A DNA stretch of 64,000 nucleotides, taken from positions 12,840 to 76,839 of the forward strand of contig JAWCKF010000002.1 in NCBI GenBank assembly GCA_038852315.1, given 5' to 3'. This DNA is from Thermoplasmata archaeon (GTDB lineage Archaea > Thermoplasmatota > Thermoplasmata > UBA10834). Position numbers and translations under genes: made by a program. This document shows, piece after piece, positions 18,542 through 28,500 of the stretch. A model generated the notes under the pieces. It was given only the letters and a program-made list of their open reading frames with translations, ran no database searches and was not told the DNA's origin. Every line of letters begins with the position of its first letter. The first letter of the stretch is position 1.

Positions 18542-19861
18542 TCATCTGCCGACAGAGCCGTAGCCTATTCCGAGGTACCTCGCGCCCGCCCTCCTCACGG
18601 CAGCGGGATCGAGGCAGCGCCGGCCGTCCACGACGACAGGCGTATGCATGGCCGAGAACTCCCGCCTCCCCAGCTTCCTAAACTCCGGCCAGTCCGCCTG
18701 AACTATACATCCGTCGGCGCCCTTGAGGCACTCAGCCACCGACTTGGCGTACTCGATACCTGGCATGAGCATGATGAAGCTTGACATAGCCATGGGGTCA
18801 AAGGCCACAACATGGGCGCCCTTCGCGAGAAGCTGCGCTATCAGAGGAACAGCACGCGTGTCCCTGGTGTCGTCGACCCCGCCCTTGAACGCAAGGCCGA
18901 GCACCGCCACGCGCTTTCCTCGAAGGTCCCCGAGCGCGCTCTCCAGCAACCGCACGCCTTCGGAAGGCTGCGCGTCGTTTATCGCCATCAAGGCCGGGAG
19001 CAACCTTGACCTGTAGCCCTTGGATCTCGCGGCCTTGTCAAGGGCGCGGACGTCCTTAGGCAGGCAGCTGCCTCCGAAGCCGAGGCCTGGTTTGAGGAAA
19101 AGCGGGCCTATCCGTGGGTCTAGCCCGACCGCGCGCAGGACCTGCTCGGAGTCTATCCCGAACCTTGCGCACATGTTCGCTATCTCGTTGGCGTAGGAGA
19201 TCTTTGTCGCGAGGAAGACGTTTGAAGCGTACTTGATCATCTCCGCGGACCTCAGGTCTGTAGTTATCTTCGGGGCCCTTATGGGAGCGTACAGCCGAAC
19301 GACCAATCGAGCGGCCTTCACGTCGTCCGCGCCTACGACTATTCTCGACGGGTGCAGGCTATCCCTCAGCGCACTCCCTTCCTGGAGGAATTCCGGATTC
19401 ACACACACACCGAAATCGCGCCCAGCGCACCTTCCTGAGGTCTTCTCCAAAAGAGGGATGACGGTCGTATCCGTGGTGCCAGGCACTACTGTGCTTTTGA
19501 CCACGACCACCTTGTATCCTTCGGATGTCTTCAGGCCCCTCCCGATGTTCTTGCATGCCGACTTCAGCGGGGCGATGTCGATGCGCCCTGAGGGCAGCGA
19601 GGGCGTCTGGACGCATATGAAGACCGCCTGCGAATCGATGACGCTCTCCGCCGTCTCCGCTGTCGCCGTGAGCTTGCCCAACCTCACAAGCTTGTTGAGT
19701 TCCCTTTCGAGAGGAGGCTCATGGAACGGCAGCCTGCCCGAGGCGACCGACTTGACCTTCTGCTCATCGATGTCGCAGCATTCGACACGGTGGCCGAGCT
19801 TGCCGAACATTACGGCGGTCGCGAGGCCCACATAACCCGCGCCGATGACTGATATCCTCAT
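18542..19861 (-). CDS. Nucleotide-sugar 6-dehydrogenase (UDP-glucose/UDP-GlcNAc dehydrogenase family, WbpA-like)
   Basis: The start is at MRISVIGAGYVGL (ATG 19861), which is the NAD-binding GxGxxG motif. The catalytic region is GFGGSCLPKD. Confidence 0.85.
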   Translation of the reverse strand: MRISVIGAGYVGLATAVMFGKLGHRVECCDIDEQKVKSVASGRLPFHEPPLERELNKLVRLGKLTATAETAESVIDSQAVFICVQTPSLPSGRIDIAPLKSACKNIGRGLKTSEGYKVVVVKSTVVPGTTDTTVIPLLEKTSGRCAGRDFGVCVNPEFLQEGSALRDSLHPSRIVVGADDVKAARLVVRLYAPIRAPKITTDLRSAEMIKYASNVFLATKISYANEIANMCARFGIDSEQVLRAVGLDPRIGPLFLKPGLGFGGSCLPKDVRALDKAARSKGYRSRLLPALMAINDAQPSEGVRLLESALGDLRGKRVAVLGLAFKGGVDDTRDTRAVPLIAQLLAKGAHVVAFDPMAMSSFIMLMPGIEYAKSVAECLKGADGCIVQADWPEFRKLGRREFSAMHTPVVVDGRRCLDPAAVRRAGARYLGIGYGSVGR

Positions 19862-19995
19862 TGGCACTTGAACATATAGGCGCGATAATAACACTTTCCA
19901 TGCGTCGGCTCTGAGGACTGGCCACCACAACACATGTGGCAGAAGCGACGCCCAAAGGTTGAATAGACTACAAAGTCATTCGCGAGTTCGGAGGA

Positions 19996-20727
19996 ATGGA
20001 CTTGAGGTTTGCGCCCGTAGCAGCCTTGTTCGTTTCGGCTCTGATGTTGATTGATGTCGGCTCCTGCGCGGCAGCGAGCGTAAGGATGAGCCACATCCAT
20101 ATCACGCTCGAGATTCCTGCTGGGTGGACGTACGAGAGGAACGTAACCAGCGACGGAGAATTCTACGACCTCGAAATGCAGTGCGTCGCAAGTGGGACTC
20201 TAGCTTATGGACTTCTGACCCACACGAATTGGGATAAGGCCGTCAGCAATAACACGTTGTGGGCCGAGCTGAAGCTCGGAATGAACGAAGTGGCAGAGGA
20301 TCCCGAGGTTACATACTTCGCCGTGGCCATTCCGCCCGCGAACACGACCATCAACGGGATCAAGGCGTGTCAGGCAGACCTAAAGGTAGCGTACTCTGGA
20401 CCGGTCGTCAGGGAGAGGCTCGTGGTGCTTGCGAGCGACGAGTGGAACATGGGCTGGGCGATGGCCTTCGCTTGCGCCGACGAAGATTGGACAGGGTTCG
20501 CGCCGCAGATAACATCCATCATAAACAGCTTCACCGTCGATGAGTACACTGGCATGGAGACAGGCTGGATGTTGATAGTGGCATTGGTCATTGCTGTGAT
20601 CGTAGTCGTCGCCGTTGTAGCGGTGTTCGTGGCCAGCCGACGCAAACGTGGCCCGCCCGAGGTGCCCGCCCCGCCAGCACCTCCGCCACAGGAGCCGCCG
20701 CCCCAGCCGCCTCCGCCACAGCAATAG
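19996..20727 (+). CDS. Putative lipoprotein / membrane-anchored surface protein with a Pro-rich C-terminal tail
   Basis: The N-terminal signal has a lipobox-like VGSC. The C-terminal TM is IVALVIAVIVVVAVVAVFVA, followed by RRKRG and PPxP repeats. Confidence 0.55.
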   Translation: MDLRFAPVAALFVSALMLIDVGSCAAASVRMSHIHITLEIPAGWTYERNVTSDGEFYDLEMQCVASGTLAYGLLTHTNWDKAVSNNTLWAELKLGMNEVAEDPEVTYFAVAIPPANTTINGIKACQADLKVAYSGPVVRERLVVLASDEWNMGWAMAFACADEDWTGFAPQITSIINSFTVDEYTGMETGWMLIVALVIAVIVVVAVVAVFVASRRKRGPPEVPAPPAPPPQEPPPQPPPPQQ

Positions 20728-20764
20728 GCGCGGGAGCCCAGCGGCACTCGAACTGGACATAAAC

Positions 20765-20774
20765 GCTTATATTG
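20765..20774 (+). promoter_or_regulatory. TATA box of galU (leaderless GTG start)
   Basis: The gcttatattg box is centred about 27 nt upstream of GTG 20797. Confidence 0.45.
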
Positions 20775-20796
20775 CCTCTGGGCGTTCATTTGTGCC

Positions 20797-21624
20797 GTGA
20801 AGGTCGTCATCCCGGCCGCCGGGCTGGGCCTAAGATTCTTGCCAGCAACGAAGGCGCAGCCGAAGGAGATGCTCCCGGTAGTTGACAAGCCGGCTATACA
20901 ATACGTGGTCGAGGAAGCCGTAGCCGCAGGCATGACGGACATCATAATCATAACGGGCCGGGGCAAGCGAGCCATCGAGGACCACTTCGACAGGTCCTAC
21001 GAGCTCGAGCACAAGCTCAGGGAGACGGGCAACACGGAGGCTCTCGCAGAGATACAGAGGATAGCCTCTATGGCCGACATATTCTACATCCGTCAAAAGG
21101 AGCAGTTGGGGCTCGGGCACGCGGTGCTCTGCGCGAAGAAGCACATCGGGCAGGAGCCGTTCGCCGTGATGCTCGGGGACGACATCGTCGTGAACGAGAG
21201 GCCGTGTATAGGTCAACTGGCTGACATACACGAGGAGCTGGGCGCGAGCGTCGTCGGCGTGGAGAGAGTTTCCAGGTCTAGGATATCCAGATACGGCGTT
21301 ATCAAGGGCAGATGCATCAGGAAGGATTTGTACAAGGTGCATGACCTGGTGGAGAAGCCCCTGCCCCAGCAGGCGCCCTCGGACCTCGCGATCATAGGGA
21401 GGTATGTGTTCGAACCCGAGATATTCTCCTACCTCGAGAAGATAAGGCCAGGGAAGGGTGGAGAGTACCAGCTCACGGACGCGATGAGACTCATGTGCAG
21501 GAAGACGGACCTGTATGGGCTGAAGTTCAGGGGAAGGAGGTTCGACATCGGCAGCAAATCCGACTGGATAAGGGCGACGATCGAGCTGAGCCGGGAGAGG
21601 CCGGACCTCAGGGCAGAGAGGTGA
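20797..21624 (+). CDS. galU: UTP--glucose-1-phosphate uridylyltransferase
   Basis: (M)KVVIPAAGLGLRFLPATKAQPKEMLPVVDKPAIQYVVEEA, the canonical GalU N-terminus. Confidence 0.85.
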   Translation: MKVVIPAAGLGLRFLPATKAQPKEMLPVVDKPAIQYVVEEAVAAGMTDIIIITGRGKRAIEDHFDRSYELEHKLRETGNTEALAEIQRIASMADIFYIRQKEQLGLGHAVLCAKKHIGQEPFAVMLGDDIVVNERPCIGQLADIHEELGASVVGVERVSRSRISRYGVIKGRCIRKDLYKVHDLVEKPLPQQAPSDLAIIGRYVFEPEIFSYLEKIRPGKGGEYQLTDAMRLMCRKTDLYGLKFRGRRFDIGSKSDWIRATIELSRERPDLRAER

Positions 21625-21718
21625 GTGGCCGCCCTCTGGCCCGCGCGAGGTTGTTCGCGCCCAAACCTATTATAGCTAAGTGGGGATTCTCGCTGACCGA
21701 GGGCTCGATTTGAAGCTG

Positions 21719-22201
21719 ATGGCCCAACACTACAGGATAGACGACTGCGAGATCGGCGAGGACACCGTCGTGAGGGACTACGTCAACCTCTACGGATGCA
21801 AGATAGGAAAGGGCTGCAGGATCGCCGCATACGTGGAGATACAGCGCGGCGTCAGGATAGGCGACAGGTGCAAGATAGAGGCGTTCGCCTTCATACCGTC
21901 CGGCGTCACCATAGAGGATGAGGTCTTCATCGGCCCGCACGTATGCTTCACAAACGACCGAGTGCCAAAGGCCGTCGGGGAGTGGGAGATGGTGCCGACC
22001 GTGGTCAGGAAGGGCGCATCAATCGGGGCAAACGCGACGGTCATATGCGGTGTCACCATAGGCGAGAACGCACTCGTCGGTGCAGGAGCGGTGGTCACGA
22101 AGGACGTACCTGCGAACGCTGTCGTCGCGGGCGTCCCTGCCAGAATCGTGGGCACGCGGGATGCCAGCGGCAAGAAAATCGACAGGAGGCGGAAGAGATG
22201 A
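21719..22201 (+). CDS. Hexapeptide-repeat sugar N-acetyltransferase (WbpD-like)
   Basis: Track ORF 21680..22201; ATG 21719 preferred. LbH repeats are present, and the C-terminus ENALVGAGAVVTKDVPANAVVAGVPARIV is typical of this group. Confidence 0.8.
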   Translation: MAQHYRIDDCEIGEDTVVRDYVNLYGCKIGKGCRIAAYVEIQRGVRIGDRCKIEAFAFIPSGVTIEDEVFIGPHVCFTNDRVPKAVGEWEMVPTVVRKGASIGANATVICGVTIGENALVGAGAVVTKDVPANAVVAGVPARIVGTRDASGKKIDRRRKR

Positions 22202-23298
22202 AGGTCCCGATAGCACAGCCAGTCATGACCGAGAGGATGATCGAGGCGGCCGCGAACGCCTTGAGGAACGAGAGGCTGACGCTCGGCGAGAGTGTTTTCA
22301 AGTTCGAGGAGGCGTTCGCGAGGATGTGCGGGACTAAGTACGCCATCGCCGTCAGCTCCGGTACTGCAGCGCTGCAGCTGGCGCTACAAGCGTGTGGCAT
22401 AAGGGCGGGGGACAGGGTCATCACTTCGCCCATGTCCTTCGTTGCGTCCTCCAACTCGTACGTCGCCTTCGGCGGCCTCCCGGGGTTCGCGGATGCGTCT
22501 GAGGAAGATTACAACCTCGACCCGGCGAAGCTCGCGACCGCGATTGACGGCAAGACGAAGGCCGTCATGCCCGTGCACCTTTACGGCCATCCAGCAAAGA
22601 TGGACGAGATAAACGAGATTGCGAGGAAGCACGGGCTCAGAGTGGTGGAAGATGCGTGTCAGGCGCATGGCGCGCGCTACAAAGGCAAGGTCGCAGGGAA
22701 TCTAGCAGATGCAGGATGTTTCTCGTTCTATCCGACGAAGAACATGCATGTCGGCGGGGACGGGGGCATGATAACGACGAACGACGAGAGGATCGCCGAC
22801 CTGTGTCAGCGGATGAGGCACTGCGGACGGGCCAAGGGCAGCAACTACGTGCACGACGTCATAGGCTACACATACCGGTTGAACTCGGCGAACGCAGCCA
22901 TCGGGCTCGAGCAGCTGAAGATGCTTCCCCAGTGGAACGAGAAGAGGAGGGCGGCCGCGCGGAAGTACGACATGGAACTCAGGGACGTCGGTGACATAGT
23001 GACGCCCCCGAAACCGAGCCCTGACGTGGAGCCCGTCTACCATCTGTACACTCTTCGAACCAAGCGGAGGTACGAGCTCAAGAAATTCCTGGAGTCGAAG
23101 GGCGTCGGGGTCGGTCTGAACTACGAGATACCCATCCATCTGCAGCCAGTCTACAGGCAGCTGTTCGGGTACAAGGAGGGCGACTACCCCGTTTCCGAAC
23201 GCCTCTGCAGCGAGGTAATCGCCATACCCATGTTCGCTGACATCACCGAAGAGCAGATCAGATATGTGGTCGATTGTGTCAAGGAGTTCTACAGGTAG
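22198..23298 (+). CDS. DegT/DnrJ/EryC1/StrS-family sugar aminotransferase (WbpE-like)
   Basis: Track ORF 21943..23298 is over-extended. The true ATG at 22198 overlaps the upstream stop (ATGA). The N-terminus is MKVPIAQPVMTERMIEAAANAL and the PLP-lysine context is FSFYPTKNM. Confidence 0.85.
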   Translation: MKVPIAQPVMTERMIEAAANALRNERLTLGESVFKFEEAFARMCGTKYAIAVSSGTAALQLALQACGIRAGDRVITSPMSFVASSNSYVAFGGLPGFADASEEDYNLDPAKLATAIDGKTKAVMPVHLYGHPAKMDEINEIARKHGLRVVEDACQAHGARYKGKVAGNLADAGCFSFYPTKNMHVGGDGGMITTNDERIADLCQRMRHCGRAKGSNYVHDVIGYTYRLNSANAAIGLEQLKMLPQWNEKRRAAARKYDMELRDVGDIVTPPKPSPDVEPVYHLYTLRTKRRYELKKFLESKGVGVGLNYEIPIHLQPVYRQLFGYKEGDYPVSERLCSEVIAIPMFADITEEQIRYVVDCVKEFYR

Positions 23299-23305
23299 GA
23301 TCATC

Positions 23306-24256
23306 ATGGGTAAGTTCAACGTTGGGATAATCGGCGTGGGGTACTGGGGAAAGAAGCTGGTGGACGAGTTCACCAAGGTCGAGAGTGTGAAGGTGGTCGG
23401 CGTCTCCGACGTCGATGAGAAGAATCTGGCGTTCTGCGCTGACCGCTACGGTGTCAAGACTGGGTACAAGGACTACCGTCAGCTGCTTTCCAGGGGCGAC
23501 CTGCACGCCGTTGTGGTCGCGACCCCGAACAACACGCACTATCAGATATGCAGGGACGCACTGGAGGCTGGGAAACACGTCCTTGTCGAGAAGCCGATAA
23601 CCCTCTCATCGAAGGAGGGAAAGGAGCTGGTGGACCTGGCGCAGAGGAAGGAACTCACGCTCTCGGTCGGGCACATATTCAGGTTCAACAACGCCCTGGC
23701 GGAGGTCAGAAGGCTGATCAAAGAGGAGAAGTTCTTCGGAAGGCTGTTCCTGATGGAGCAGGACTGGACCAACTTGGAGAAGCCGTTCCCCGACAGGGAC
23801 GTGCTGTTCGATCTCGCCCCGCACATGTTCGACATCCAGAACTACCTGTTCGGGCAGTGGCCCGTCGAGGTCAGCTGCGTGGGAGGGCCGTTCAGGCGAG
23901 CCCAGGGAGAGGAGACCGCCTACGTCACTTCGGTCTTCGCAGACGGTGCGATCGCGATGGCTAACATAAGCTGGCTTGTGCCGAGGAAGACCAGGCAGAT
24001 AGTCCTTGTTGGTGAGAACAGGACCGCAATCGTAGATGCGGTGGCCCAGGAAGTGACCGTCTACGAGAGCGGGTACACGTACAAGCTCCACGTGGAAAGG
24101 AACAACACCATCAGGGACGAGCTCGTGCACTTCGTGAAATCCTTCAGCGACCCCGCAACCGAGACCAGGAACAGCGGCTCTGTGGGCGTTAGGACGGTCG
24201 AGCTGATAGAGGCTGCGAAGAGGTCGATGGCCGAGAAGAGAGCTGTCAGGCTCTGA
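23306..24256 (+). CDS. Gfo/Idh/MocA-family NAD-dependent sugar oxidoreductase (WbpB-like)
   Basis: ATG 23306 gives MGKFNVGIIGVGYWGKK, followed by EKPITLS. 316 aa. Confidence 0.85.
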   Translation: MGKFNVGIIGVGYWGKKLVDEFTKVESVKVVGVSDVDEKNLAFCADRYGVKTGYKDYRQLLSRGDLHAVVVATPNNTHYQICRDALEAGKHVLVEKPITLSSKEGKELVDLAQRKELTLSVGHIFRFNNALAEVRRLIKEEKFFGRLFLMEQDWTNLEKPFPDRDVLFDLAPHMFDIQNYLFGQWPVEVSCVGGPFRRAQGEETAYVTSVFADGAIAMANISWLVPRKTRQIVLVGENRTAIVDAVAQEVTVYESGYTYKLHVERNNTIRDELVHFVKSFSDPATETRNSGSVGVRTVELIEAAKRSMAEKRAVRL

Positions 24257-24309
24257 CCCTCCGCCCCTGACACACGGGCTTTATAGGGCCTCAGCCGATT
24301 CACAGAGGG

Positions 24310-25443
24310 ATGCCATCATCGCTGATGCTGCTGACATATCCATACAGACCCGATCCGAGGGTCTTCAGGGAGGCGCGGGCGCTCACGAAGCACGGCATCG
24401 AGGTCCAGCTGATAGCATGGGACCGAGAAGGAGGACGACCGGCGAGATCGGTTGAGGACGAGGTACACGTCATCAGGGTGGGGCCCAGGTGTCCATACAG
24501 GTCCGCGCTTGGAGTGGCATCGCGCCTGCCTCGGTTCTGGCTCAGAGCGTTGCTCGCCTCAAGAAGACTGAGGTTCGACCTGATACATGCCCACGACTTC
24601 GACACGCTCCCGCTCGCGCTCCTGATCTCCAGGTTGAGGGGAAGCCCTGTGCTGTACGACGCCCACGAGATATACTCTTCGATGGTCGAGAGAGAGATCG
24701 GGTGGCTCTCGCACCTGGTCTGGCTGCTCGAGCGACGCCTGTCTCGGGAGGCGGACGAGATAGTCACGGTGAACGAGAGCCTCGCAGCGAGGCTCTCAGA
24801 AGGACGGGCCAAGCCCGCTAGGATAGTCACCAACAGCCCCGATACGGGAATCCTTGACGGGCTCGATGTGAGGCAGGTCAGGGACAGGTACGGTCTCAGG
24901 GGTTTCGTGATCTCCTACCTCGGCTCCCTCGAACCCGGCAGGTTCGTCAAGGAGATGCTGAGCTCGATGGAGCCGGGCACGGGCGTTACACTGGCGATTG
25001 GCGGAGAGGGCACTCTGAGGCCTGTTGTCGAGAAGGCTGCTGCGTCGAACTCGAGGATCAAGTTTCTGGGCACTATCGATACCGATGAGGCACTCAGGGT
25101 AACCTACGCCAGCGACCTCGTCGTGGCGATGCTTGACCCGAACAACCCGAACTACAGGAGCAGCACGCCGGTCAAGGTGCTTGACGCGATGGCGTGCGGG
25201 AGGCCAGTCGTGGTCTCGGAGGGGCTCGAGATCTCCAATCTGCTCAGGAGGATTGGCTGCGCCTTCGTGATACCCTACGACCGGCAGGCCTTCAAAGACG
25301 CCCTCGCGCTCGCACAGGCCGATCCAAAGCTCCTGGCGACCATGGGGAGGAAGGGTAAAGAGTACTTCGAGAAGGAGCTTTCATGGCCACGCAGCCGCGA
25401 TGAGCTGCTAAAGGCCTACAAGGCCTTGGTGCGCGGAGCCTGA
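24310..25443 (+). CDS. GT-B fold glycosyltransferase (GT4 family)
   Basis: 377 aa. The C-terminal GT4 region reads STPVKVLDAMACGRPVVVSEG. Confidence 0.8.
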   Translation: MPSSLMLLTYPYRPDPRVFREARALTKHGIEVQLIAWDREGGRPARSVEDEVHVIRVGPRCPYRSALGVASRLPRFWLRALLASRRLRFDLIHAHDFDTLPLALLISRLRGSPVLYDAHEIYSSMVEREIGWLSHLVWLLERRLSREADEIVTVNESLAARLSEGRAKPARIVTNSPDTGILDGLDVRQVRDRYGLRGFVISYLGSLEPGRFVKEMLSSMEPGTGVTLAIGGEGTLRPVVEKAAASNSRIKFLGTIDTDEALRVTYASDLVVAMLDPNNPNYRSSTPVKVLDAMACGRPVVVSEGLEISNLLRRIGCAFVIPYDRQAFKDALALAQADPKLLATMGRKGKEYFEKELSWPRSRDELLKAYKALVRGA

Positions 25444-25480
25444 GCCAAGTATTATATACCCTGATGCCCATTTTATTGGT

Positions 25481-25498
25481 GTCCGACACGTGTCGGAC
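25481..25498. repeat. Perfect 18-nt palindrome GTCCGACACGTGTCGGAC in the smc upstream region
   Basis: Read directly from the sequence. It lies about 27 nt downstream of the TATTATATA box (25450-25458) and about 85 nt upstream of the smc ATG. Confidence 0.6.
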
Positions 25499-25582
25499 TG
25501 CACGGGATGGGATGCAGAGAACAGCGTACAGCGCTCACATCGACCACGCCAAGTTTTCGCATCCCGCGCGGAGAGGGATCGG

Positions 25583-28500
25583 ATGTACCTTAAGGAGATA
25601 GAACTCGAGAACTTCAAATCGTTCGCCCGGAAAACCAGGATACCCCTGCTCCAGGGATACACTGCGATAACGGGCCCAAACGGGATGGGCAAGTCGAACA
25701 TATCCGACGCTATCCTGTTCGTGCTCGGACCGAGGAGCTCAAGGGTTATCAGGGCGGGCAAGCTCACGGACCTCATCTTCAACGGCGGCAAGGAGAAGAA
25801 GCCAGCGACCGAGTGCAAGGTCAGCCTCGTGTTCGACAACTCGGACAGGCTCATACCGATCGACTCCGACACCGTGAAGCTCACGCGCGTCGTGCGCGTG
25901 TCCGACAACGCTGAGGGCTACTACTCCTACTTCTATGTGAACGACAAGCGCTCGTCGCTGGGCGAGTTCGACAACCTGCTTGCGAACGCCAGGATAAGCG
26001 CCGACGGGTACAACTTCGTCCAGCAGGGCGACATAACCAAGATAGTAGAGATGACCAACCTGGAGAGGAGGCGCATACTCGACGACATCGCCGGCATCAC
26101 CAAGTTCGACGAGGACATCCAGAGCGCCGAGAAGGAGAAGCTCGCAGCCGAGGAGAACATCCAGCGGCTGGGCATCATACTGGATGAGACGAGAAAGCAG
26201 ATGAAGCAGCTGGACGCGGACCGCGAGGGGGCGCTGAAGTACAAGGATCTGCACGACAAGCTCCAGCTGGCACAGGCGTGCATGGCCGTAAAGCGTAAGG
26301 AGTCGGTTGACCGCGAGGTCGCGTCGATAAACGAGCAGATCGCGAGCTACACGGCGGAGAAGGACAAGGCCGAGAAGAAGAGGGAGGAGCTCGCTCGAGA
26401 GCTCGAGGAGATAGCTGGCCAGCTTCGAGAGGTTGAGAAGGAGATAGAGGAACGCGGCGGGGAAGAGGCGAAGCAGGTCAAGGACAAGATCGACAGCCTG
26501 AGGATTGAGATCGCTCGCGCGAAGGACGCGGCACAGAACGCGGCCGACGCGGTCTCGTCCCTGAAGGAGGTTCAGCTGGCGCAGTCAGAGGACCTCAAGG
26601 CGGTCCAGAAAGACCTTGACGTCCTCAGGGAGAAGCTCGATCCGCTGGAGAAGGAACACAAGAGGAAGTCCGCCCTGCTGGAGAGCAAGCGGGCGAAGCT
26701 GACTGAGTACCAGGACCAGGTCTCGAAGTCGGACTCAGAGCTCAGCGCTCTACAGAAGGAGGCCGTCGAGATGTCCGTGGAGCTGACCAACAAGGGCGAG
26801 AAGTTGCACGCTCTCAACCTTGAGCACGACAGGCTCGAGGAGAAGGCCTCCAGGCTCAGGATAGACATCGCCAACCTCGAGGAGACGAAGAAGACCTACG
26901 AGTTCGAACTCAAGGATGCGGAGTGGTCAATCAAGGAACTGAAGAGCGAGACGAAGACGGCTGGCCAGGGTGTGAGGAAGCTCCAGGAGGAGTTCCAGTC
27001 AAAGAGGAACAGGGAGCGGAAGCTGCTGGAACAGTCTCAGGAGCTGGAGAACGCAGTAAAGACTCTCACAAGAGAATACAACCAGCTCAAGGCCGAGGCG
27101 GAGGCGATAGACGCCGTCAAGCGCGGACAGAGCAGCGCGGTCAGCGCCGTGCTCGAGGCGAGGGACAAAGGCACCATCAAGGGCATACACGGGACCATCG
27201 CCGAGCTGGCGGAGGTTGACGAGGAATACGAGACCGCGCTCAACGTCGCCGCCGGCCCGAGGATGCAGGCCATAGTCGTGGACTCGGACGAGGTCGCAGC
27301 CGAGTGCATAAGCATGCTCAAGAAGAGCAAGGGAGGTCGCGCGACCTTCCTGCCGCTGAACAAGATGATCGATGGCAGGCCCAGGGGCAAGGCGATACTG
27401 GCTGCCAAGAGTGCGGTAGGGTTTGCGATAGACCTGGTCAAGTTCGACGAGAAGTATAGGACGGCGTTCTGGTTCGTGTTCGGCGACACCGTCGTCGTGA
27501 AGGACCTTGACGAGATGAGGAAGCTGATGGGGGGCGTGAGGCTCGTCACGATGGAGGGGGAGCTGGCAGAGGCGAGCGGCGCCATGGTAGGAGGGACGCC
27601 CGAGAAGAGCCTGATGAAGTTCGGCGCACCATCAGAGAGCAGGATCGAGAAGAAGGCCGCCGAGCTGAGGAAGGCGATAGAGGAATCGGAGAAGGTCCAG
27701 AAAGAACTCTCGGAGCTGAGGCTTGAGATTGCCGAACTCGAGAATCGGATAAGGGAGTTCAACGCGAAGGGCAGCGGAGAGAGCGTGAAGCTCGAGGCCC
27801 TCGAGACGAAGAAGAAGGAGTTCGAGCAGAAGCTCGCGTCGCTCAACGCTGAGCTGGACGCAAAGAACTCAGAGCTGGCGGAGACCTTGGACCTGATAGA
27901 CAAGGTCAAGGCTGACATATCCAGGTTCACAGACGAGATTGAGAGGCTGAAGAAGAAGAAGGAGGCTAAGGACAAGAAGCTCCTGGAGGCCACTCCCCAG
28001 GAGCTCTCACAGCAGCTGAAGAAGCTCGAAGCGGAGATATTCGACCTATCGAACGAGGTCGCGAAGCTCGGCTCCGACATACAGACCGTGAAGACCCAAG
28101 TGGAGCTCGTCGAGGGCAGGAAGAGGGAACTAGAGGCAGGCCTCAAGAACACTGCTGAGAAGATCCAGGAGCAGCTCGACAAGGCAAAGGAGAGCTCGGA
28201 GCGTCAGGAGCAACTCGAGACTGAGCTGAAGGCCCTCATGAAGATGGAGAGGTCGATGGGAGACGAGCTCAACTCGCTCAGGAGCAGACGAGACGCCCTC
28301 TACAAGAAGAAGACTGACACCGAGGCGAGCATAGAGAAGATCGCCACGAAGGCCCAGACGAGCGCCGACTTCGTGCTCACTCTTCAGACGAAGCTCGCGG
28401 ACGCGGAGAAGCGGCTTCAGGAGGCCGAGGCGGAGCTGGCCCAGTTCGGTTCAGTGAAACTCCCGGAGGAGCTCCCCTCAGCGGAGGACCTGAAGCTGAC

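Noticed and set aside
27037-28182. A 381-aa Ser/Phe/Leu-rich ORF antisense to smc (also 28417..28899 - and 25933..26283 -).
   Set aside because: It is the mirror image of Glu/Lys/Leu-rich coiled-coil codons. It has no start context and no plausible fold.
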